This document shows, piece after piece, positions 10,627-20,634 of a DNA stretch of 64,000 bases. The notes beneath the pieces were generated by a model. It made no database searches and had not been told where the DNA came from. It saw only the letters and a list, made by a program, of their open reading frames with translations. Origin of the DNA: an uncultured Gammaproteobacteria bacterium (GTDB lineage: Bacteria; Pseudomonadota; Gammaproteobacteria; UBA9214). Each line of letters begins with the position of its first letter. Position 1 is the first letter of the stretch. The stretch covers positions 160,001 through 224,000 of the forward strand of contig CAVYZN010000009.1 in NCBI GenBank assembly GCA_963773065.1, read 5' to 3'. The translations under genes and the position numbers were made by a program.

Positions 10627-13239
10627 GTGACTCACCAGATACTTCGTTTTGGCTCACCGAGCGATCCAACGCTCACTGTGCGCATCAAGGGCAACGTCAA
10701 AGTCTGCGTACCCAACAACATCTCCCTGATGACTCCTTATGTGCTGCTCGAGCAGGAAGATTGGTTTGAGGACGAAATTAGTTTCGTCCGCAGCGTACTT
10801 GGTTCGGGAGATCGCGTTATTGACATTGGAGCAAACTACGGGATTTATACCTTGACCGCGGCCGCGGTGGTTGGGGCGCAGGGCGAGGTGTGGGCATTCG
10901 AACCATGCACCGAAACGGCTGGATTCTTGCGGCAGAGCGTGGGCAAGAATGCATTTGGCAATGTGGAGGTAATGACCACCGCTCTGTCGGATCGTCAGGG
11001 CAGCGGCTATTTGAGTCTGTCGCCCAACTCGGAGTTGAACGCTTTAACCAATGATCGCAATCCGCGAAGGCTCTTACGAAGAGATTCAGACGGATACCAT
11101 GGATCAATGTATGTCACGCTACGGTTGGTCTGACATCGCTTTCGTCAAACTCGACGCCGAGGGACATGAAGAGAGGATATTGAAAGGCGCAGCGAAGTTT
11201 CTTGCAGCGGCTTCGCCTCTTGTCATGTACGAAATCAAGGCAGGCGAGCGGGTCAATTTGGATTTGGTCGACGCCTTTCGGACCCTGGAGTATGACAGCT
11301 ATCGATTGGTGCCAGGGCTCGGTGTACTCGTGCCGTTTGATGCGACACAGAATATCGACCCCTACCAACTCAATTTGTTCGCCTGCAAGCGCGATCGCGC
11401 AGAAATGCTTGCACGCAAAGAGTTGCTAGTGACAGCGTACGAGTCGGTACAAGTTCCCGCCGACAGTTTCCTAACGATATCGTGGATCGAACCGGAAGAG
11501 TGGCAGATAAAGTTGCGTCAATCCTGGATCGCGGCCTGGCCGCAGTTGCAGGGTACAGAAAGCGGCAAGGCGTATCTTCAAGCACTCGAATGTTACGCCG
11601 CAGCCTATGACGGTGGAAAACCGCTCACGCAGCGGATCGGGTATCTGGCGCAAGCATGTGATCTTCTCTTGGCAGTTGTGCAGGGATCTGGAAATAGTTT
11701 CAGTCGTTTATTGTCATTCGCGCGCGCGGCAGCAGATTGGGGACAGCGCAACCTCGCGGTAATCGCGTATGAGCAATTACTCGTGGCGATGCAAAACGTC
11801 ATGCCAGTATAGATGAACGAGAACCATTTCTGCCGCCGCAAGCTCCCGGGTTGATGCGCCCAATCGCAGACCACTCGTCCTCATGGATAGTTGCCGCTAT
11901 CGCGGAGCAATTCGAACGACTGTCTGAATATTCGTCCTATTTCTCCGGGGCAGGACACCACGCTCTGCTCGAGAGTTTTCGCAGCCTAGGCTATCCGTCG
12001 GCCGAGATGGAACGCAGACGCCAACTATTGATAATTACATAACCACGTGACATCAGAACAACTCTGCCTGTTTCCAGAACGCTGCGACCAGCGTGGTGCG
12101 CGCTGCGCGGATTTGAGCTTGCTGCGTGTCGTGTGGGCCAGGTCCGCAATGGAATTCGGACAGAAATTCGCCAGCGCGTGACGCTTGAGCCAGGCCCATA
12201 GGTATTCGACTGGATTGAGCTCCGGTGCATAAGGCGGCAGGAAGGCCATGGCGATATGCCCGTTGAGGGTATCGACGTAGTCGCGTAACATCCGGGAACG
12301 GTGCGCCCGAAGTCCATCCCAGATGATTAGCAGCGGCTGCTTGATCTGTGCGATCAGTGCTTTCAGGAATGCCACGATCTGCGGACTCTTGATCGTACCC
12401 GGATGCAGACGAAAGTAGGCGCTGGTGAAACTGACGCTGGCGATCATCGACAACTGTTTCCAGTTGAAATGGAACTGGATGACTGGCGTTTGCCCTCGCG
12501 GCGCCCAAGTGCGTACCCGCGTGGGCCGTTCGGACAGGCCCGACTCGTCGATAAAAAGGATTACCCGGCCTTCGCGGCAGGCTTTTTTTTGAGTGCAGGC
12601 CACGTGCGCCTCTTCCAATGCGCCACGGCCTCTTCGTTGCGCTCGATCGCGCGCTTCTCGGGTTTCTGGCTGGAGAAGCCCATGGCACCCAGGATACGCC
12701 ACACGTGGACGTCGCTGTAGGTGATGCCGAAATGGTTCTCGATCAGCAGGCGTACCCGCTTGAGTGTCCACAGATCGGTGCCATATCCATTGGCGATGGG
12801 CCCGGCCAATAGCAACTCGCGCAGCGCGTCCAATTGTTCGACCGATATCCACGCCGGACGGCCTCCCTTGCTCATCTGGCGCAAGCCCTGGAATGCCGTG
12901 TTCCTGCAAAACACTGAACCAGCGATACACGGTCTGCCGCGGTGCGCCAACGGTTCTGGCTACCTCGGGTGGTGTCTTGCCTTTTAACAGCAGACGACCG
13001 GCACGAATTCGGCGCTTGGTCGCCGCGTCCATCTTCACCGCCATGGCGTACTCCCGATGTCACACTGACATCGCTATTATACGTGAATAGGCGATAACAT
13101 GTCATATGGTTATGTAATTATCAATAGTTCGTATGCGCAGCGGCCTTTCAAACGTCCCGAACCGAATTCGTCTCTGGCGGTCAGATCTGAATTCAATCTG
13201 AATTGCGAGCTATGGGCAGGTGCCAAGCCACTGGAATAG
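10627..13239 (+). pseudogene. FkbM-family methyltransferase with long C-terminal region, interrupted near its 3' end by IS630 and carrying several indels
   Basis: VIDIGANYGIY, AFEP, FVKLDAEGHE; EMERRRQL resumes as VRMRSG after the IS, and a shifted frame ends ELWAGAKPLE at 13239. Confidence 0.8.
12028..13124 (-). mobile_element. IS630-family insertion sequence
   Basis: 26-bp IRs TTGATAATTACATAACCA(CG/TA)TGACAT; TA duplication at 12026-27 and 13125-26; transposase motifs FIDESG, IIWDG, LPPYAPELNPVE; A8 site at 12583-12590 between the two frames. Confidence 0.95.
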
Positions 13240-13283
13240 GGTTAGCCGGCACGCGTTGCTGGCGTGTTGTCTTTTTTGCTTCG

Positions 13284-14138
13284 CTAGCGGAATAGTTTTT
13301 GAACAAGACCGGTCTTGTTCCCCTCATCGAACAAGCGGAAGCAATGGTATGACACATCCGGGCTTTGATATAAATAAGTCAACACCCCCAATTTTATTAA
13401 CTTTTCCGCGGGAAGGACGGCGAGTTCTTCGATATTTCTCATGAATAGCGCATCCGCCCACATGTGCTGAACCGCGAAGTTGAGGTCATTGTTTACGACT
13501 AGCGGCCTGATCGTTCGGCCAGCCAGGCCGAGAAACTTGTGGAACATGAATCCCCGATCCGTAAGGTAACTACAGACGTCGCCAAATAGCGGTTGATCAA
13601 TATAGAGCGGAATAAACTCCACTTCGCTAACAATCGCGACCACTTGTTCCAAGGTATGGATGCCGCCCTTGAATACGTCCAGTTCGGCTCCTTGGATATC
13701 GATTTTGATAAAATCGACGCCGGCGATTTCATGCTCTCTAGTAAAATGATCCAGACTCACCGTGTCGATCTGACCAACGGATTTCAGCATCGCGACATCC
13801 AGGTTATGATACAAACGCATTAGCTCTTCATTCGGTTTGAAGAGCGAGGTGCACATCGGATGTGATGTTTCGTAAAGCGCACGGTGCTCCTGTTTGCGAC
13901 CGAGCGCCACCGGAAAGTACTTGAGCCCCGGTATTGCCTTGCCGTTCAGGTCCGCACATAATTTCTCGTCGATTTCGAACGCAATGATTTCGGTTCCAGG
14001 AAATGCGTCTAATAGCGGGTGAAACGGTTCCGTCACGCCCTCCAGTGGCAATGCGCCGATTTCCAGGATTCGAAAGGTGAGCGGGCCGTATATTTCGCTG
14101 ATTATCTTCGCTACCGCGCCAATTTTGTTTATAAGCAT
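13284..14138 (-). CDS. FkbM-family methyltransferase
   Basis: ILEIGA, VSLDHF, DFIKIDIQGAELDVFKG, EVEFIPLY, WADALF. Confidence 0.88.
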   Translation of the reverse strand: MLINKIGAVAKIISEIYGPLTFRILEIGALPLEGVTEPFHPLLDAFPGTEIIAFEIDEKLCADLNGKAIPGLKYFPVALGRKQEHRALYETSHPMCTSLFKPNEELMRLYHNLDVAMLKSVGQIDTVSLDHFTREHEIAGVDFIKIDIQGAELDVFKGGIHTLEQVVAIVSEVEFIPLYIDQPLFGDVCSYLTDRGFMFHKFLGLAGRTIRPLVVNNDLNFAVQHMWADALFMRNIEELAVLPAEKLIKLGVLTYLYQSPDVSYHCFRLFDEGNKTGLVQKLFR

Positions 14139-14216
14139 TTCGTAATTTGCTCCTTATTGATCCGATTGCCGACTGCGGCTCGGAACTCCGCGTATCTTCG
14201 TTGGGTGGTAGTCTGA

Positions 14217-14423
14217 CTACGTTTGAGCGTTATACCACTTAACACACATCTCCCGTATGCCCGTTCAAGGTGCTGTGCAAAGGGTTTACCATCGCACAGT
14301 GCCGTGCGCTGCATTCGCTCGCGTAATCCGGCTCTCAGCGTCAAGAGGTGATTAAGATTGCTGCTTCTTGACGGCAATGTTCACATACACGTCTGGAGTC
14401 TGAGCGATCAATTCCGGCAGGCC
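14217..14423 (-). pseudogene. C-terminal remnant of a second GT41/SPINDLY-like gene
   Basis: GLPELIAQTPDVYV...LRAGLRERMQRTALCDGKPFAQHLERAY parallels the C-terminus of the 5153-6928 protein (GLADLVAHSPDDY...LRASLRERVSTSPLC...VEDAY). Confidence 0.75.
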
Positions 14424-14424
14424 A

Positions 14425-15480
14425 CGTATAGGACTTTTAAAAGGCCTTTTTCCTCAAAAGTGAAAGTACTGCTGAACCTGCGGGGTGTCAATCACCCGTC
14501 TCCTGGGTCCAGGATTGGGGACTTTTCTATCCACTCATAGGCCCTCGGTGCCAAGTGTAAGCCGTTCGTTAGCAATAGCCGGACGGGTAATGTATCGGCA
14601 TAAGTGTTCGAGTTTGTGGCGCTGATCGATGGCGCAGCGTACCTCGGCATGGAGGCTGAAGCCGTACGCGCCGACACAGCATTGTTGCGTGGGTACGCCG
14701 GTTGACTGATGACCGTTTGCAGGCTCAACACTTCCTGACCCGCCCCCGGGCCCAAGCGCAATGCGGTAGGTGCAGGCCGCTGATTGCAGGGGCGCCAGCG
14801 CGGTATGCGGATCGGTTTCGGCCAGACAGGTCATTCCCTGCTCTTCAATGAGATAACCTTTGCGGGTTAATAGCTGCAGCAGGCGTTTTATGATCCGGCT
14901 GAGTAAAGCCTTCAACTCTCCCGAGGGGGTAGGGGCGCGAACGGAATGGAATACCGGTACGCCGCTAGTGGTGCGATAGACCCCATCGAGCATGAGGCAA
15001 TGCAGATGAATATTGAAATTGGCGGCCTAGCCAAAGCGCTGGATGAGGGTGACGGCGTCGGTGTCGGCTTGGGTGCGTTTTATTCCTGCTTATTTGATCA
15101 GAAATGCCGCAATGACCCGGTGGATGATCTGCAACACGGGTGCGAGCAGATGGGGATGGGCGGCAAAGAGGTAACGCAGCGGGATCGGAAATGACAGCAC
15201 CCATTGGCGCACCGGCACCCAGGGAATGACGAAATTAACCAGGTGGGCGTCTGTCTCCACCATGCGTCGGGCACCGCAGGCGGGGGCAAAAGCCACGCTA
15301 TAGGAGAAGGCCACGAGCTTCTCATAGGCGCAGTCGGCGCAACGCAGGCGTAGAAAACGATGGGCCAGTACGCCGCATTAAAAAATGACATCGAACTCCT
15401 CTTCAACAAAGTCGGGCAATCCCACCCGGTTTCAAGCTAGACTTGAGTTAAAAAGGATTCAAAGGTTGAATGGCACTTAC
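14425..15480 (-). mobile_element. Degenerate IS91/ISCR-like rolling-circle element
   Basis: Fragments LRLRCADC, CGARRM, VRQWVLSFP, LDGVY, GFSLHA, LCRYITRP with stops and frameshifts; oriIS-like end GCCTTTTAAAAGTCCTATACG on the minus strand at ~14425-14445. Confidence 0.8.
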
Positions 15481-15484
15481 TTAG

Positions 15485-16940
15485 TACTACTGTGTTATTA
15501 AATTCGCCTCACTATTGGGCGCCCGCAACAGGGACACTGTAGCAGTGTTCTGGCGATGGCGCGTGCCAGCCGGAAACGGCAGGTGGCGATCGACGTCGGC
15601 TCATGTCGCTGCATCGGTTCCAGCCCCGCGCGGGCGCAAGCGGGTGGGTAGGGTAGGCGCTTTGAGTTGAACGGAGTTTTTTTTACTGCCGGCGAGGCGT
15701 TCCAGCATCAGAAAACCGTAAGCGGCAATGCACAGACTCGCGTGATGATGGAAGCCTCTCCAGTTGCGGCCTTCGTAGTGACCCAGCCCAAGCTACTGCT
15801 TGAGCTCCTCGTAATCTCGCTAGATGCGCCAGCGTACCATCACCATGTAGATCATCTCCTGCTAGGGCAGGTTCCTGGGAAGATTGCTGCACCAGTAGTG
15901 GGCCGGTTCATCGGCACCCTCTGCCCATTCGATGATCAGCCACTCTTCGTCCCGGGGACGGTGACGGTGAGACGCACGCACGCGCACCCGCGCGAAAGCG
16001 AGCAACGGCCAGACACCCCCGGGCGACAGGTCACCGTCCGCCATCGCTTCCCCGGCAGCACCTGCGCCGACTCGGCTACGGAAATCGGCTGATGATCGTC
16101 GTCCCGCTGGAGTCGCCGGCGCGCTCTGCTGCGTTGGCCTTGAGGCTTCGGCTCGGTCAGCGGTTGATGTTCACCCCACCATACCGTCGTCCCCGGCCGT
16201 ACGCACACCGCATAGGTGAACTCGTGCGCAGCCAGTTGCTCGCGCCACGCCGTGTAGTCGCCGTAGGCGGCATCCGCCAGAACGACGCCGCGCGGATAAC
16301 CAGACGCCAAAGCCGCCTCGATCTGGCGCATCGCCAACGCCGGCTTGGTCTCGAAGCCAACCGCCTCGGGCACGCCGACCTGGCGGCGACGCGCCACATC
16401 GCCGGTCCACGCGGGCGGCAAGTACAATGGATAGGTGATAGGAAGGCTGCTGAAGGGCATGGCGATAGACAGCGACACCGCCACTCGGCAGTTGTCCTGC
16501 TCACGAGTCTGGCCGCAGTACTGACGCGCGACCCCCACCGAGTGGTTACCCTTCTACGCAAACGCCGTGACGTCCACGATGCAGAGCACTGGCATATCCT
16601 CACGCACCAGCTTGGGAAGCACGGCCCCGGCCACCGCCGACAACATCGCCTCGTCGCTCCAGGCCGCTTCGGCCGCCAGGTGATGCATCGACTGATGCGC
16701 CGAGCGTACATTCTGCGGCTGCACGCGCGCCGCCATCGGCTCCACGCTCTTGCGCTCACCCGGCAACATCGATCGCTTGATGTACCAGCGCGCCGGTTGC
16801 TCACGATCGGCGGGCATCGGCGTGTTCGCGATAGTGTCACTGTACTTCTTAAACTGTGCTTCCAGACTCAGACCCATGGCGAACCTCATAAAGCACTTGA
16901 AGAGGCCGGCATGATGCCTTATTTTATGACACGAAGAGTA
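15485..16940 (-). mobile_element. IS701-family element with frameshifted transposase
   Basis: ERKSVEPMAA, GVARQYCG, VVLADAAYG, EEWLIIEW; imperfect IRs (TACTACTGTGTTATTAAAT / ATTTTATGACACGAAGAGTA); TTAG direct repeat at 15481-84 and 16941-44. Confidence 0.85.
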
Positions 16941-16970
16941 TTAGCGAGCTTTTCAGTATATACATGACAT

Positions 16971-18278
16971 CACTGCTGTCCAAAACAGCCCCGAGCTGGC
17001 ATACGGCACCAAGGCCAGGGCGGCCTCAGGGTTGTCCAGCGGATCGGGCGGGATGGCAAAGGGCTTGTCGAGCCAGGCCATCAGATCGCGATGGGTGAAG
17101 AGATTCATGCGCAGCAGGGCCACCAGATTGGAGAGACTCCAGCCGAAGCGCGAGGATAGTTGCAGGTAGCGCAGCAGGAGCATCGAGATCAGTGCGGTCC
17201 AAATCTGGGTCTTCACCGCGTTGGCCGTGGTGCCCACGAAGGTCTTGATCTTCAAGTTCTGCTTCAGGGCCTTGAAGAACAGCTCGACCGCCCAGCGGTC
17301 CTTGTAGATGGCGGCAATGGTGCTGGCGCCCAGGCCGTGATGGTTGGTCAGAAACACCAGCGTCTCGCCGGTGTCCTCGCGCACGGCCTCGATGCGGCGC
17401 AACCGGTGCGGGCACTTCTCTTGCGCACCAGCGCCGCTCAGTTCAATCGTCTGGTCGCGCAGGATGCGGCGGTTTTGCGGCGGCTCGCGCTCCTCGATGA
17501 CTTCGAACTGGGCGTTGTCCTTCATGCGGGTGACGAAGAACACGCCCGCTTCGGTCCATTTGGCGAACAGCCGGTAGTCGTTGTAACCCCGGTCATCGAC
17601 CACGATGGTGCCCGGGCGCGAAAGGTGAATCTGCTGGGCCACCTTCACATCATGCACCGAGCCCTCGGTGATGATGCCGAAGCAGGGCAAGTAGCCGTCG
17701 TGATCGAGCACCAGGTGCAGCTTGACCGCCCCCTTGGTGCGCCGGAACTTCGCCCAGTCGTACATCGACAGGCACAGGTCGATTACCGTGGAATCGCAGG
17801 CTCACCAGTTTGTGCTTGAAGCGAAACTTGCGCGGTGCGCGCACGCTGGCGGCCACGGTCTCGAACAGCCCGTAGAAAGACCTGCTGGAACAGCTCCCAC
17901 GGACGATGGCGCGTTGGCGTAGGAAAGCGAGGAGCGCGCCGGCGCCTCGATGCCCAGGTGAGCAAGCTTGCCCTCGCAGCTCTTCAGCCCGCCTTCAATC
18001 TCGCGCAACGAATGCGCTCGCCCCAGTTGGCAGAACAGCATGGCCACGAACTGGCTCCAACTCGGAAAACCCTTTCGCAGCATACTCGGCACTGGTCTGC
18101 CTTGACCATGCGCTCAAACTCAATACGTGCGGAACCAGCTTGAGGATCTGGCTGAACATGCTGCATGATGCTCTCACGTTGGGCCTCCTTCGGTCCAGGT
18201 CAGGTGGGTTTGGCGACTTCACCTCTACCCTACACCTGCGGGACGGCCCAACGTCATATCCTGTTTTGGACGAGAGTG
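16971..18278 (-). mobile_element. IS4-family element (DUF4372-type N-terminus + DDE), frameshifted
   Basis: WSQFVAMLFCQL, SLREIE, GAVKLH, DRGY, YKDRWAVELFFKALKQNL; 18-bp IRs CACTGCTGTCCAAAACAG / CTGTTTTGGACGAGAGTG. Confidence 0.9.
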
Positions 18279-18548
18279 TTCACGTTTTTTATTTCCGTGT
18301 ATTTCCGTGTGTTTCGATGTACAGGGATGTACAAGTGTCGCGTGAGGGCACGACTGCAGGGATGCACGACTACAGGGATGTAGGAGGTAGGGTAACGCAT
18401 GGAGCAGTTACCGAGGAGATAGGGCACCAAATGTAGGCGCTTTAGGCAATGCAGGAGCAATTGCCGAGGAAGCCGGGAGCGACCCGTGGCCATTCTTTGC
18501 TCTCACTTCTCACTTCTCACTTCTCACTTCTCACTTCTCACTTCTCAC
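18279..18548. repeat. Composite intergenic repeat: TTCCGTG nonamers containing nested hairpin elements, then ~7 x TCTCACT abutting the prmA ATG
   Basis: Read directly; nested elements at 18315-18483, heptamers at 18501-18548. Confidence 0.9.
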
Positions 18549-19454
18549 ATGACCTGGCTGCAATTATCTGTTGTAGTCACTGGTGAAAGGTCAGAAGCTG
18601 CCACCGAGGTCTTGGTCGATGCCGGCGCGCTTTCCGTGACTTACCAGGATGCCGCCGATGAGCCGATTCTCGAACCGGCCCTGGGAGAGCATCCGGTGTG
18701 GTCGGCAACCCGCGTGGTGGCGTTGTTGCCGGACGGCTGTGATCCGGCCCGAATAACGCAACGCCTGCGCGAGGCGTTGCATGACGCGGAGATCGAGCTT
18801 CGGATTGACTATCTGGAAGACCGTGACTGGTCCAGCGCCTGGCGGGATAGTTTCCACGCCATGCGGTTTGGCGCGCGCCTGTGGGTGGTGCCGAGCGGTG
18901 AGTCACCTCCTGTAGCGGATGCCGTCACGGTCCACATGGATCCGGGGCTCGCCTTTGGGACCGGCACGCATGCCACCACCGCGCTGTGCCTGGAGTGGCT
19001 GGATGCGCATCCGCCGCTGGATCGGGATGTCATTGATTATGGTTGCGGATCCGGAATACTCGCCATCGCGGCCGGCAAGCTGGGCGCAAGTCAGGTGCGC
19101 GCCGTGGATATCGATCCGCAAGCGTTGCAGGCCACGCGGGAAAATGCCGTGCGCAATGGTATTGGAGAGGATCTGGAAGCATTGTTTCCGGACGCCCTGG
19201 ATGCGCAACCGGCCGATCTGGTGATTGCCAATATCCTCGCCAACCCGCTGATCGAGCTTGCCGAGACCCTGGCCCGCCACGTGTCCCTGCGGGGCCATAT
19301 CGTTTTGACGGGTATTCTTGCGGAACAGGCCGGCGAGGTTATCGCGGCGTACCGGCCGTGGTTCGAGTTTCGCGAGCCCGTGAAACGTGAAGGATGGGTG
19401 CTGCTGGAGGGGGTGAAAGAACGTGAGACGTCAGAAGTGAGAAGTAAGAAGTGA
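18549..19454 (+). CDS. prmA: Ribosomal protein L11 methyltransferase
   Basis: MTWLQL start, DPGLAFGTGTHATT, DYGCGSGILAI, ANILANPL. Confidence 0.96.
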   Translation: MTWLQLSVVVTGERSEAATEVLVDAGALSVTYQDAADEPILEPALGEHPVWSATRVVALLPDGCDPARITQRLREALHDAEIELRIDYLEDRDWSSAWRDSFHAMRFGARLWVVPSGESPPVADAVTVHMDPGLAFGTGTHATTALCLEWLDAHPPLDRDVIDYGCGSGILAIAAGKLGASQVRAVDIDPQALQATRENAVRNGIGEDLEALFPDALDAQPADLVIANILANPLIELAETLARHVSLRGHIVLTGILAEQAGEVIAAYRPWFEFREPVKREGWVLLEGVKERETSEVRSKK

Positions 19455-19670
19455 GAAGTGAGAAGTGAGAAGTGAGAAGAAAGATGGCCACGGAAGTACA
19501 CGGAAGTACACGGAAATATTCCAAAACTTTTATGTAGATTCCGTCGTGCCTACTAGGGACGCACGCCTACCCGTGCACTCATGCCCGAGCGGGTTTTCTC
19601 ACTTCTCACTTTTTACTTGTTACTTTTTTCTGTGGGTTCAGTGGATTCCGTGGCCATAATCCGTGACCAT
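19421..19670. repeat. Heptamer/nonamer intergenic cassette
   Basis: (GAAGTGA)n, GCCACGGAAGTACACGGAAGTACACGGAA, then GCCCGAGCGGGTTTT-(TCACTTC)n-TTCCGTGGCCAT. Confidence 0.9.
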
Positions 19671-19724
19671 AAAAAGTGGGGACACCTTTTACCTTTCCTA
19701 TAGTGAAAGAGTAGACTAGCCGCC

Positions 19725-20525
19725 GTGTATACCTTCTGCCCGACATGCTCGACGATTTTTGCCATTAAGGCCGAGCATCTGCTTGCGGCCGCTGGACGGG
19801 TGCGCTGCGGGGAGTGTGGCCAGGTCTTTCGCGCCTTTGATTATGTGTATGAGGATCTGGCGACGGTTCAGGCGGCGCTTGCCGAGTACCATGCCCCGCA
19901 AGCGAATCAACACGTGTATGAACGGCCGGTTGGGTCTGGTGATGCCGGCGGAGAGGTCGAGGCGGATGACGGGTATGATGTCTTCGCTGACAACAGCGCC
20001 GCCGGCATCCTGATGCAGCCGGAGTTTTCCGGCGCCATGTCAGGAAGCACTCTTACCTGGCGGAATCTCGCTAAAGGGGTCATCATCGGCGCGCTGTCGT
20101 TGCTGCTGGGCGGGCAATGGCTGTTCTTCAACCGCACCGAATTGGCGGCGGAGAGCGTCTGGCGCCCCAAACTGGAAAGTCTCTGTTCCTTCCTGCATTG
20201 TGAGCTGCCCCTGCGGGTCGACCTGTCCCGCATCGAACTGGTCAGCCGCGATGTGCGCAAGCATCCGCAGGTCGCGGGTGCGTTGCAAATCAACGCCACC
20301 CTCGTCAACCGCGCCGGTTTTACCCAGCCTTACCCGGTCCTTGCCATCACCTTCTCGAATCCCTCCGGTACACCCGTCGCGGCGCGCCGTTTCAAACCCG
20401 CCGAATACCTCGGCGAGCAGACCGATATCGAGGCGGGTATGGCGACGGATACGCCGCTGCAGGTGATGCTGGAGATCGAAGATCCGGGCGAGGACGCGGT
20501 TTCCTTCCAGTTCGAATTTCTCTGA
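19725..20525 (+). CDS. Zinc-ribbon and DUF3426 domain membrane protein
   Basis: CPTCSTIF...VRCGECGQVF, TM helix, usual position between prmA and dusB. Confidence 0.88.
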   Translation: MYTFCPTCSTIFAIKAEHLLAAAGRVRCGECGQVFRAFDYVYEDLATVQAALAEYHAPQANQHVYERPVGSGDAGGEVEADDGYDVFADNSAAGILMQPEFSGAMSGSTLTWRNLAKGVIIGALSLLLGGQWLFFNRTELAAESVWRPKLESLCSFLHCELPLRVDLSRIELVSRDVRKHPQVAGALQINATLVNRAGFTQPYPVLAITFSNPSGTPVAARRFKPAEYLGEQTDIEAGMATDTPLQVMLEIEDPGEDAVSFQFEFL

Positions 20526-20634
20526 TTTTCAGGCCCTTCCGTACGGCGCTTTGCGCCACTTTATCCTGACCGTGGATGCGAGTATCATTCTGCGTCCTTC
20601 ACCCCCGGAATCCCCAAGAAAAGACACAAATCCG

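Noticed and set aside
11800-11860. Selenocysteine/pyrrolysine readthrough in the FkbM gene
   Set aside because: Coding sense continues in another frame (EPFLPP), so an indel explains it
18486-18548. SHFSLLT-repeat peptide extensions on prmA, the htpX-like gene and ORF 27884-28699
   Set aside because: Translation of the heptamer DNA repeat; homology-supported starts lie downstream
10484-18548. Prophage or integrative element
   Set aside because: No integrase, att-bearing tRNA or phage structural genes; only IS elements and methyltransferases
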